A stretch of 24,565 nt of DNA from the IMG/VR virus record IMGVR_UViG_3300042350_000451, positions 1-24,565 of that record. The stretch is one strand, 5' to 3'. A model generated the notes under the pieces. The model saw only the letters and a program-made list of their open reading frames with translations. It made no database searches and was not told the DNA's origin. Of this stretch, positions 17,237 to 24,565 are shown in pieces; the stretch's first letter is position 1, and each line of letters starts with the position of its first letter. The position numbers and the translations under genes are program-made. Source of the DNA: a virus. Taxonomy: Duplodnaviria; Caudoviricetes.

Positions 17237-17437
17237 ATGGAATTAAAAGATATTATCAACAATATTGCCGCTGGTGATAGCGCAGCAGCAAAAGAAGGCA
17301 TAGAAAATGTTTTATCCGCAAAAGCGTTCGATGCGCTGCAAGGCCGTAAGCAAGAAATCGCTTCTACTCTATTTGGCGGGAAAGACCAAAGCGACGAAGA
17401 AGTTGCCGACAGTGAAGAAGCCGTAGAGCAAGAATGA
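17237..17437 (+). CDS. gp67: Prohead core protein, gp67-like
   Basis: 66 aa, acidic C-terminus, immediately after the portal gene, RKQEIASTLF motif. Confidence 0.65.
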   Translation: MELKDIINNIAAGDSAAAKEGIENVLSAKAFDALQGRKQEIASTLFGGKDQSDEEVADSEEAVEQE

Positions 17438-18093
17438 AATCTTTACTTGAGTTTAAATCTATTGTAGAAGAAGAGAAGTCAGACTATTCAAAGTTTGACG
17501 CTCTTGTTCGTGCTGGCTTAGCCAACAAAGCACAGTTGGCTCGCATTCACAAAATCTTAGATAAGATGGGTGAAGAACGCCCACAGTTCAATAATGCTGA
17601 TCGTGAAATCATGCGTAATCTTTTCAACCGCATGGTAGATTTAGTTTCGAGTAAACAGATTTATGGTAAAGCAAGACAAGCAGTTCGTGAAGAAATGGAA
17701 CTTGATGAAGCACGTATGGATACGCCATTAGTGCCAGATCCACCAGTCATTTTGGTGATCAAACGTAAAGCGGTAAGATTGTACCCAGACGGCACACGCA
17801 TTGCTCTTTATTGGAGTGATAAAATAAAAAGAGCATTTAGTATTCCTTATGGCCCAATGGTTGATGCTCCAGTTCAAGCAGAAGAATATATTAAAGAACT
17901 TGCTGAAGCAGAAGAAATAACGCTCAATGATGGTATTACTATTTCTCTAGACGAAAAAACAAAACAACAAATTATAAACACATACGGACAGTTAGAAGAA
18001 GATAGCAAAGAAATCTTTTGGCAACAACTAACTGAATCTGTAACAACATTTGGAAAACTATATGAATTTTGTAGAACTAATTCTACAGAATAG
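17434..18093 (+). CDS. Hypothetical protein, probable internal head/prohead core protein
   Basis: 219 aa between the gp67-like and gp68-like genes. N-terminus MKSLLEFKSIVEE and several (L/I)xE motifs. Confidence 0.6.
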   Translation: MKSLLEFKSIVEEEKSDYSKFDALVRAGLANKAQLARIHKILDKMGEERPQFNNADREIMRNLFNRMVDLVSSKQIYGKARQAVREEMELDEARMDTPLVPDPPVILVIKRKAVRLYPDGTRIALYWSDKIKRAFSIPYGPMVDAPVQAEEYIKELAEAEEITLNDGITISLDEKTKQQIINTYGQLEEDSKEIFWQQLTESVTTFGKLYEFCRTNSTE

Positions 18094-18523
18094 ATTAGAC
18101 GAAGCCAAAGAATTAATCTTTGAGCGTCTGAACGATATTGCTTCTGTTCGTATGGAAGAAGCAAAGCCATATATCGTTGATGCAATGTTTGAAGAGATTG
18201 AAGTTGACGAAGAAGTATTGGAAGAAGCGGCTAAGAAACGCAATCCAAACATTCAAAAGATGGGTCGTATTACAAAAGTACGCCGTCGAATTCGTCGCAA
18301 CAAAAAAGGTAGAATTGTTGTACAAAGAAATGTACGCAAATCGGGCATTAAGGGTTATCGCATTTCTGGTAACACAGTTAAACGCATACCGGCAACAGTA
18401 AGATTACGTAAAGCACGTTTATTGAAACGTTCTTGGAAGACAACAAGAAAAAGTAAACTCAGACGCACATTGATGAAAAGAAAAATGTCAATGCGCCGTC
18501 GTCAAGCAATGGGACTAAAATAA
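18062..18523 (+). CDS. gp68: Prohead core protein, gp68-like (acidic N-half, very basic C-half)
   Basis: Ends KRKMSMRRRQAMGLK, like T4-type gp68. ATG 18062 is preferred to TTG 18050. It overlaps the upstream ORF by 32 bp. Confidence 0.7.
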   Translation: MNFVELILQNRLDEAKELIFERLNDIASVRMEEAKPYIVDAMFEEIEVDEEVLEEAAKKRNPNIQKMGRITKVRRRIRRNKKGRIVVQRNVRKSGIKGYRISGNTVKRIPATVRLRKARLLKRSWKTTRKSKLRRTLMKRKMSMRRRQAMGLK

Positions 18524-18524
18524 A

Positions 18525-18887
18525 ATGCCATTTGAAATTACTAATACACTCAGAGGGTCGTCGATTGTTCGAGCAGTAGATCCTGGAACATATACAATCA
18601 CTCTGAATAATTTAAGAGCAAACGCCACAACTGAAACTGTTACTGCTGCTGACATCAAACATGTTTTGTGGTCAACAAACGGCAACATACGTATCATTCG
18701 AAACGGTGTACCTTTGTTAGCACTTCAAAATGGCGGCGACATGGATTTCGATTCTTATGGATATTCAGTCGCAAACAACAACACTCAAAGCATTGTAATT
18801 GAAATCAATACTGGCGGCACAGTTATTTTACATCTTGCCAAGTATGCGACATACAATGTCGATCCATATACAGGAGTAACTCTATAA
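18525..18887 (+). CDS. Hypothetical protein (beta-rich, possibly head-associated)
   Basis: 120 aa, tightly coupled between the gp68-like gene and gp21 (TAATG overlap). Confidence 0.65.
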   Translation: MPFEITNTLRGSSIVRAVDPGTYTITLNNLRANATTETVTAADIKHVLWSTNGNIRIIRNGVPLLALQNGGDMDFDSYGYSVANNNTQSIVIEINTGGTVILHLAKYATYNVDPYTGVTL

Positions 18888-19537
18888 TGAAACTCATCAA
18901 AGAACACATTGAAAATGTAAGATATCTTACCGAAAAAACAGAAGACGGTAAAAAGAATCTTTACATTGAAGGTACATTTCTGGTTGGCGATGCAGTCAAT
19001 CGCAACAACCGTATGTACAAAATGGACACACTTCGTAATGAAGTTGCACGATATACAGAAGAATACATTAACACAAATCGTGCGCTTGGTGAACTGGGAC
19101 ATCCAGACACACCATCATTGAATCTAGAACGTGTGTCACACAAGATTACAAGTTTGGTAGAGAACGGCAATACATTTGTCGGTAAAGCACTGATCATGGA
19201 AACACCATATGGCTTGATCGCTAAGAATCTAATTGAGTCTGGTGTTAATCTAGGCGTTTCATCACGTGCTTTAGGTTCTGTCGTTATGACAAAAGAAGGT
19301 TATAATCTAGTACAAGATGATCTGCGTCTTGCAACTGCTGCTGATATTGTTGCTGATCCTTCTGCACCTGGCGCTTTCGTTCAGGGCATTATGGAGAACA
19401 AAGAATGGATGTTTGTAGAAGGCAAGTTTGTCGAGTCTCATATCGACTATGCTAAACAACAAATTCGTAAAGCATCACGCAAAGATATTGAATCAGTTGG
19501 ATTGCAACTTTTCGAAAACTTTCTACGAAAACTTTAA
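18887..19537 (+). CDS. gp21: Prohead protease gp21
   Basis: LYIEGTFL, NRNNRMY, ALGELGHP, GVSSRALGS and DIVADPSAPGAFV motifs. Confidence 0.96.
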   Translation: MKLIKEHIENVRYLTEKTEDGKKNLYIEGTFLVGDAVNRNNRMYKMDTLRNEVARYTEEYINTNRALGELGHPDTPSLNLERVSHKITSLVENGNTFVGKALIMETPYGLIAKNLIESGVNLGVSSRALGSVVMTKEGYNLVQDDLRLATAADIVADPSAPGAFVQGIMENKEWMFVEGKFVESHIDYAKQQIRKASRKDIESVGLQLFENFLRKL

Positions 19538-19541
19538 AATT

Positions 19542-19549
19542 TATAAATA
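19542..19549 (+). promoter_or_regulatory. T4-type late promoter TATAAATA for gp22
   Basis: Perfect consensus in the intergenic gap, followed by a TAAGGAG RBS. Confidence 0.8.
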
Positions 19550-19571
19550 AGAAATCATAAGGAGATATTCA

Positions 19572-20660
19572 ATGGCAACAAACAAACTCATGGAAGCAGC
19601 AGCAGAGATTCTTGCAGGAAGCAAGTCATCTGCTCCTGGTATGCCAATGCCTAAACTGCCTTCTGTTACTCCAGGTAATTCTGGAACACCTGAAGACTTA
19701 GGCGGTCCTACACCTCAGAACAACAAGCCTACTGATGATTCTAATAAGTTGTCAAGCAAGGCTTCAGCTAAGAGTGCAGTAGCACCTACAACAAAACCTT
19801 CAGCAGCATCAAGCGATGTTCAACTTGGTGACAAGAATATGAAAGCTGGCACAGGTACAGCAATGATGCCTGAGCAAGCTGAAGAAGAAGAACTGATTGA
19901 TGATGAATCAGCAATTCAAGAAATGAAAGCACAAATGAAAGAAGATGTTGCTTCATTGTTTGCTGATGATTCAAGCATCTCAGAAGACTTCAAAGCAAAA
20001 GCCGCTACAATCTTTGAAGCACGTGTGTTTGACCGTGTTGCACAGATTCAAGAACAAATGGAAGCAGAATATGCTGGCATGTTGGCTGAGGCTCTTGAAG
20101 AAATCAAATCTGAACTTACAGAAAAGGTAGATGATTACCTGAACTACGTAGTAGAGCAGTGGATGGACGAAAACGAAATCGCTATCGAAAGCGGTCTGCG
20201 TTCAGAAATCACCGAAGACTTTATTGCTGGTCTGCGTAATCTGTTTGCCGAAAACTACATCAACGTTCCAGAAGATAAAGTCGAACTGGTAGATGAACTT
20301 GCATCTAAAGTCGAAGAACTGGAAGTTAAACTGAATGAAGAAATTGAAGCCAATATTCAGTATAAGAAACAACTTACTGAGGCAATTAAGGTACAACTAG
20401 TAAATGAAGTTTGCGAAGGACTCACAGCAACTCAAGTAGAAAAAATCAAGTCACTTGCAGAGAGTGTAGAATTCTCCACAGAGGAAGAGTTCGTAGAAAA
20501 ACTTGAGACAATTCGTGAGAATTACTTCCCATCAGGCATCAAAAAAGCCGATGTAGCACAACTTCATGAAGAAGTAGAAGACGATGGCAGCGAAAAGAAA
20601 GTATCTGCTGACCCATACGTTGCTTCGGTTGTACAAGCGATTTCGAAAATCAAAATTTAA
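19572..20660 (+). CDS. gp22: Prohead core scaffold protein gp22
   Basis: SEDFKAKAATIFEA, VDDYLNYVVEQWMDENEIAIESGLRSEI and KLETIRENYF motifs; acidic coiled-coil character. Confidence 0.94.
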   Translation: MATNKLMEAAAEILAGSKSSAPGMPMPKLPSVTPGNSGTPEDLGGPTPQNNKPTDDSNKLSSKASAKSAVAPTTKPSAASSDVQLGDKNMKAGTGTAMMPEQAEEEELIDDESAIQEMKAQMKEDVASLFADDSSISEDFKAKAATIFEARVFDRVAQIQEQMEAEYAGMLAEALEEIKSELTEKVDDYLNYVVEQWMDENEIAIESGLRSEITEDFIAGLRNLFAENYINVPEDKVELVDELASKVEELEVKLNEEIEANIQYKKQLTEAIKVQLVNEVCEGLTATQVEKIKSLAESVEFSTEEEFVEKLETIRENYFPSGIKKADVAQLHEEVEDDGSEKKVSADPYVASVVQAISKIKI

Positions 20661-20663
20661 ATA
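20656..20663 (+). promoter_or_regulatory. Possible late promoter variant (TTTAAATA) for gp23
   Basis: One mismatch to TATAAATA, overlapping the gp22 stop codon; an AAGGAG RBS lies downstream. Confidence 0.5.
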
Positions 20664-20683
20664 ATAACAAAAGGAGATACTAA

Positions 20684-22027
20684 ATGTATTTGTCTGAAAA
20701 TCTACAAAAGAAATGGGACGCAGTTCTGGATCACCCAGACATGCCTGCCATTGCAGATCCATACCGTAAAGCAGTTACAGCGGTAATTCTGGAAAACCAA
20801 GCTCAGGAAATGATCAAAGAAGGTCATATTCTGAACGAAGCTGGTTCACCAACTAACTTTGCTGGTACAGGCGGTTTCAGTGGCGGTGCTGCTGCTGCTG
20901 GTCCTGTTGCTGGTTTTGACCCAATCCTGATCAGCCTGGTTCGTCGTTCACTGCCAAACCTGATCGCTTATGACGTTTGCGGCGTTCAGCCAATGACAGG
21001 TCCTACTGGCCTGATTTTTGCGATGCGTACACGTTATGCTGGTCAAGCTGGTACAGAAGCATTCTACAACGAAGCAAACACAGCATTCTCAGGTGCTAAC
21101 GGTGCAATCGTTGCTTCTTCAATGAACATTGCTGGTAACACAACAGACTATCTGTTCGTTGGTAACGCTGCTCCAACTGGCGCTATGACAACTGGTTCTG
21201 CTGAAGCACTGGGTGACGGCGCTGCTGGTAACACATTCCAAGAAATGGCATTCTCAATTGAGAAAGTCACTGTAACAGCCCGTACACGTGCGCTGAAAGC
21301 AGAATACTCAATGGAACTGGCACAAGACTTGAAAGCAGTTCATGGTCTTGACGCTGAAACAGAACTGGCTAACATTCTGTCCGCTGAAATTCTTGCTGAA
21401 ATCAACCGTGAAGTTATCCGTACAATCTACAGAATCGCTAAGCCAGGTTGCCAGGCAGGTACAACAACTGCTGGTGCATTTAACCTTGACACAGATTCTA
21501 ACGGTCGTTGGATGGTTGAAAAGATCAAAGGTCTGGCATTCCAGATCGAACGTGAAGCAAACCAAATCGCTAAGACAACCCGTCGTGGAAAAGGTAACAT
21601 CGTTATCTGTTCTTCAGACGTAGCTTCTGCTCTGGCGATGGCTGGTATTCTCGACTACAACTCAGCACTTGCTGGTCAAGTATCACTGACAGTTGACGAT
21701 ACTGGTAACACATTTGCTGGTACAATCTTCGGTCGTATCAAAGTCTACATCGATCCATACTTCCCAGTTGGTTCGACATCCGAATTTGCTGTAGTTGGTT
21801 ACAAGGGTACAAACGCATACGATGCTGGTATGTTCTACTGCCCATACGTACCGCTGCAAATGGTTCGTGCAGTTGACACTGGTACATTCCAGCCAAAGAT
21901 TGGCTTCAAGACTCGTTACGGTCTAGTTGCTAACCCATTTGCTGAAGGTACTACACAAGGTCTGGGTACTCTGAATACTCAGTCGAACAACTACTATCGT
22001 GGTTTCCGTATTGCAAACCTGATGTAA
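20684..22027 (+). CDS. gp23: Major capsid protein gp23
   Basis: LISLVRRSLPNLIAYDVCGVQPMTGPTGLIFAMR, ELAQDLKAVHGLDAETELANIL, FYCPYVPLQM and FQPKIGFKTRYG motifs. Likely gp21 cleavage at LNE/A. Confidence 0.98.
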   Translation: MYLSENLQKKWDAVLDHPDMPAIADPYRKAVTAVILENQAQEMIKEGHILNEAGSPTNFAGTGGFSGGAAAAGPVAGFDPILISLVRRSLPNLIAYDVCGVQPMTGPTGLIFAMRTRYAGQAGTEAFYNEANTAFSGANGAIVASSMNIAGNTTDYLFVGNAAPTGAMTTGSAEALGDGAAGNTFQEMAFSIEKVTVTARTRALKAEYSMELAQDLKAVHGLDAETELANILSAEILAEINREVIRTIYRIAKPGCQAGTTTAGAFNLDTDSNGRWMVEKIKGLAFQIEREANQIAKTTRRGKGNIVICSSDVASALAMAGILDYNSALAGQVSLTVDDTGNTFAGTIFGRIKVYIDPYFPVGSTSEFAVVGYKGTNAYDAGMFYCPYVPLQMVRAVDTGTFQPKIGFKTRYGLVANPFAEGTTQGLGTLNTQSNNYYRGFRIANLM

Positions 22028-22073
22028 TTTGTTTCTTAGCAGATGAAGTCACCGTTAAGAGTGACAACTTTAG

Positions 22074-22100
22074 AGAGGCTCCTTCGGGAGCCTCTTTTTT
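22074..22100 (+). terminator. Rho-independent terminator with cUUCGg tetraloop after gp23
   Basis: AGAGGCTCC-TTCG-GGAGCCTCT-TTTTT. Confidence 0.93.
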
Positions 22101-22105
22101 ATGCT

Positions 22106-22113
22106 TATAAATA
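22106..22113 (+). promoter_or_regulatory. T4-type late promoter TATAAATA before gp3
   Basis: Perfect consensus directly after the terminator, abutting AGGAG and ATG 22119. Confidence 0.65.
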
Positions 22114-22118
22114 GGAGT

Positions 22119-22658
22119 ATGACAGTTCTCACACGCAATCCATTAAATCCAAATTCGTTACAGCCTAACAAGTTTACGCTAAATCTGGCTCGTACACCGA
22201 ATCTACAATACTTTGCACAGACGATTTCTTTGCCCGGACTTTCTACTTCTGAAATTCCGGTACAAAACCCGTTCGTTGAATTGTATGCACCTGGTGAAAA
22301 AGCAATCTATGATGTATTGAATGTTACCTTTATTGTTGATGCTGAACTATTATCTTGGTTAGAAATACATGATTGGCTTCGTGCTTTAACATTCCCAACA
22401 GAGTACGAAGAATATCAAAACTTGGCAAAACTGAATCAATTTGCTTCAGCAATACCAACAACAACACCACAGTATTGTGATGGTGCTGTAACACTTTTAT
22501 CGGCATCAAACAAGCCTTACTATCGTTTTAACTTCAAAGATTTATTTCCTATTTCTCTTTCTGGTTTTGTTATGTCTTCTACCGACACTCCAGATACAAT
22601 CATTACAGCAGACGCCACATTCAGATTTACCTATTACAACGTAGAAAAATTATTTTAA
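22119..22658 (+). CDS. gp3: Tail completion / tube terminator protein gp3
   Basis: NSLQPNKF, LQYFAQTISLPGLS, PGEKAIYDVLNVTFIVD, EIHDWLR, FKDLFPISLS and ADATFRFTYY motifs. The start is ATG 22119 after AGGAG, not 22101. Confidence 0.88.
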   Translation: MTVLTRNPLNPNSLQPNKFTLNLARTPNLQYFAQTISLPGLSTSEIPVQNPFVELYAPGEKAIYDVLNVTFIVDAELLSWLEIHDWLRALTFPTEYEEYQNLAKLNQFASAIPTTTPQYCDGAVTLLSASNKPYYRFNFKDLFPISLSGFVMSSTDTPDTIITADATFRFTYYNVEKLF

Positions 22659-22661
22659 ATG

Positions 22662-22670
22662 TGATATACT
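22662..22670 (+). promoter_or_regulatory. Putative extended -10 (TGnTATACT) early/middle promoter for uvsY-uvsW
   Basis: TGATATACT lies in the gp3-uvsY gap, at the switch from structural to DNA-metabolism genes. Confidence 0.55.
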
Positions 22671-22688
22671 CCTATTAGGAGGTATACT

Positions 22689-23123
22689 ATGACTAAACTT
22701 GAAGAAGTATTACAAATGTGGACTGCGGATTCTAACATCGACCGCACTGAACCTGGCAAAGCATTAATTGATATTCCTAAGCTTCATTCGAAGTATCTAA
22801 ACATTCTTTCTTCACATAGGTTGTTAGCCAAAGAAGCAGAGTTCAATTACAATAAATGGCGTAAGTTGAAATGGGAATACTACACAGGCAGACTTGACGA
22901 AGAAGAACTTGAGAAGCGTGGATGGGAACCATTTCCATATACACTCAAATCTGAGATCAATACATACTTAGAAGCAGATGAAGATATCAACAAATATCTT
23001 GCCAAGAAGTTACTGCATGAAGAAATTGTTGAAGTGTGTCAGGCAATATTAAAAGAGTTAAACAATCGAACTTGGGAACTACGTTCGTTTATTGATTGGG
23101 AAAAATTCGTACAAGGTGTCTGA
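22689..23123 (+). CDS. uvsY: Recombination mediator UvsY
   Basis: IPKLHSKYL, KWEYYTG, YLEADED and LKELNNRTWELRSFIDWEKF motifs; AGGAGG RBS. Confidence 0.92.
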   Translation: MTKLEEVLQMWTADSNIDRTEPGKALIDIPKLHSKYLNILSSHRLLAKEAEFNYNKWRKLKWEYYTGRLDEEELEKRGWEPFPYTLKSEINTYLEADEDINKYLAKKLLHEEIVEVCQAILKELNNRTWELRSFIDWEKFVQGV

Positions 23124-24565
23124 TCTAATACTATACAAACAAAATGAGGCATTTATCAGGTTTGCGTGTGAGAAAAGTATTGCACAAGAACTTGCAGACT
23201 ACTTTACTTTCTTTGTACCTGGCTATCAGTTTATGCCGGCGTACAAAAATCGTTTGTGGGATGGCAAAATAAGGCTTGCTGATCTACGTACATATACTAT
23301 CTATCATGGTCTGGTGCCTTACATTGAAAAGTTTTGTGAAGAAAGAGATTACAAACTTGAGATTGATTCTGCTGTAAACAACACTGAGAGTTTTTCAGCA
23401 TTGGAGGCTAATGAGTTTCTAGAGCAACTTCAATTGGACAAAAGCATTATATCAGAAGGTGTAAGGGAGTATCAATACAAATCCTTCTTATTTGCCATAA
23501 GAAACAAAAGAATGTTGTTACTATCGCCGACCGGTTCTGGTAAGTCATTGATACAATACCTTATATTACGTTATCTACAATACAAAGGTTACGAGAAAGG
23601 ATTGCTAATTGTTCCTACAACTTCTCTTGTTGAGCAAATGTATTCTGATTTTGAATCTTATGGTTACGATGCCGCAAACTATGCCCATCGACAGTATTCA
23701 GGAAAAGATAAACATACAGATAAATTTCTGACGATTACCACTTGGCAATCCATCTATAAGAATCCACCAGAATACTTTGAGCAGTTTGATTTTGTATTGG
23801 GTGATGAAGCACATCAGTTCAAGGCAAAGTCATTGACTACTATTATGACTGGATTGAAGAATGCCAAATATCGTATTGGCTGTACAGGTACAATTGATGG
23901 CACACAGACACATCGTCTTGTGTTAGAGGGATTGTTTGGTCCTGTATATCAATCAACCACTACTGCCAAGTTAATTGAAAACAAACAACTGGCAGACTTT
24001 CGTATTAAGTGTTTGGTCTTGAAATATCCAGAAGAAGTGTGTAAGCTATCTAGAGGTTGGGACTATCAATCTGAGATAGACTACATAGTTAAAAGTGCAG
24101 CAAGAAACGAATTCATTCGTAATCTGGCATTGTCGCTTGAAGGCAACTCACTTATACTTTTCAATTTGGTTGAGAAACACGGTAAGCATCTTCACAAACT
24201 CATCAAAGAAAAAGCTGGCAATAGACATGTCTTCTTTGTGTATGGTGGAACCGATGTAGAAGTTCGTGAGCAAGTTCGTGCGATTACCGAAAAACAAAAT
24301 GATGCCATTATTGTTGCTTCATACGGTACCTTTAGTACAGGCATTAATATACGTAATCTTCACAATGTTGTTTTTGCTTCACCGTCAAAGTCTAGAGTTA
24401 GAAATCTACAGTCAATCGGTAGAGGTTTAAGAATCGGAGATAACAAAACTGAAGCGGTACTTTATGATATAGCAGACGATTTTCGTATCGGTAAACATGT
24501 GAACTATACCTTGACACATCTTCAAGACCGTGTTAGGATATACGATGAAGAAAAATTCAAATACA
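23116..24565 (+). CDS. uvsW: DNA helicase UvsW (SF2), 3'-truncated by the window edge; absent from the ORF track
   Basis: A GTG at 23116 overlapping the uvsY end gives MSDLILYKQNEAF...FTFFVPGYQFMPAYKNRLWDGKIRL. In-frame motifs are SPTGSGKS (~23524), GDEAH (23800) and QSIGRGLR (24409). Confidence 0.93.
   Translation, partial: MSDLILYKQNEAFIRFACEKSIAQELADYFTFFVPGYQFMPAYKNRLWDGKIRLADLRTYTIYHGLVPYIEKFCEERDYKLEIDSAVNNTESFSALEANEFLEQLQLDKSIISEGVREYQYKSFLFAIRNKRMLLLSPTGSGKSLIQYLILRYLQYKGYEKGLLIVPTTSLVEQMYSDFESYGYDAANYAHRQYSGKDKHTDKFLTITTWQSIYKNPPEYFEQFDFVLGDEAHQFKAKSLTTIMTGLKNAKYRIGCTGTIDGTQTHRLVLEGLFGPVYQSTTTAKLIENKQLADFRIKCLVLKYPEEVCKLSRGWDYQSEIDYIVKSAARNEFIRNLALSLEGNSLILFNLVEKHGKHLHKLIKEKAGNRHVFFVYGGTDVEVREQVRAITEKQNDAIIVASYGTFSTGINIRNLHNVVFASPSKSRVRNLQSIGRGLRIGDNKTEAVLYDIADDFRIGKHVNYTLTHLQDRVRIYDEEKFKY

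Noticed and set aside
19572-19900. Pro/Ser/Lys-rich N-terminal extension of gp22 as a novel domain
   Set aside because: Low-complexity N-terminal extensions are usual in scaffold proteins of aquatic T4-like phages.
40-21623. Short minus-strand and nested ORFs in the ORF track
   Set aside because: All overlap well-supported + strand phage genes and show no protein motifs.
10917-22027. Inteins or introns in terminase, portal or capsid genes
   Set aside because: Lengths and motif spacing are ordinary, and no intein-like C/S...HN insert is seen.
1-24565. Stop-codon reassignment
   Set aside because: Core genes are full length in the standard code; TAA, TGA and TAG all occur as apparent stops.

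Overview
This window is part of a T4-like (myovirus) phage genome, all on the + strand, with the gene order seen in aquatic T4-like phages rather than coliphage T4. It opens with accessory virion/fibre genes: a 5'-truncated conserved hypothetical, two small structural-type ORFs, a 1589-aa fibre built from Ala-Asn heptad repeats, and three paralogous small ORFs. The core morphogenesis block follows: gp13, gp14, gp15, gp16, [dps], gp17, gp18, gp19, [GIY-YIG endonuclease], gp20, gp67-like, hypothetical, gp68-like, hypothetical, gp21, gp22, gp23, gp3. It ends with uvsY and a 3'-truncated uvsW that the ORF track missed. T4-type late promoter motifs (TATAAATA and NNTAAATA variants) and three intrinsic terminators are visible. 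The most notable non-core items are: an intact Dps mini-ferritin gene between the two terminase genes; the very long ANxxFxx heptad fibre and a small-Asn motif pervasive in exposed virion segments; a free-standing GIY-YIG gene coupled to the portal gene; one shared extra domain in gp14 and gp15; a capsid-targeting-like N-terminus on a head-region hypothetical; and a hairpin that could mask the uvsY ribosome-binding site. All product calls come from motif recognition and synteny; no database search was run.
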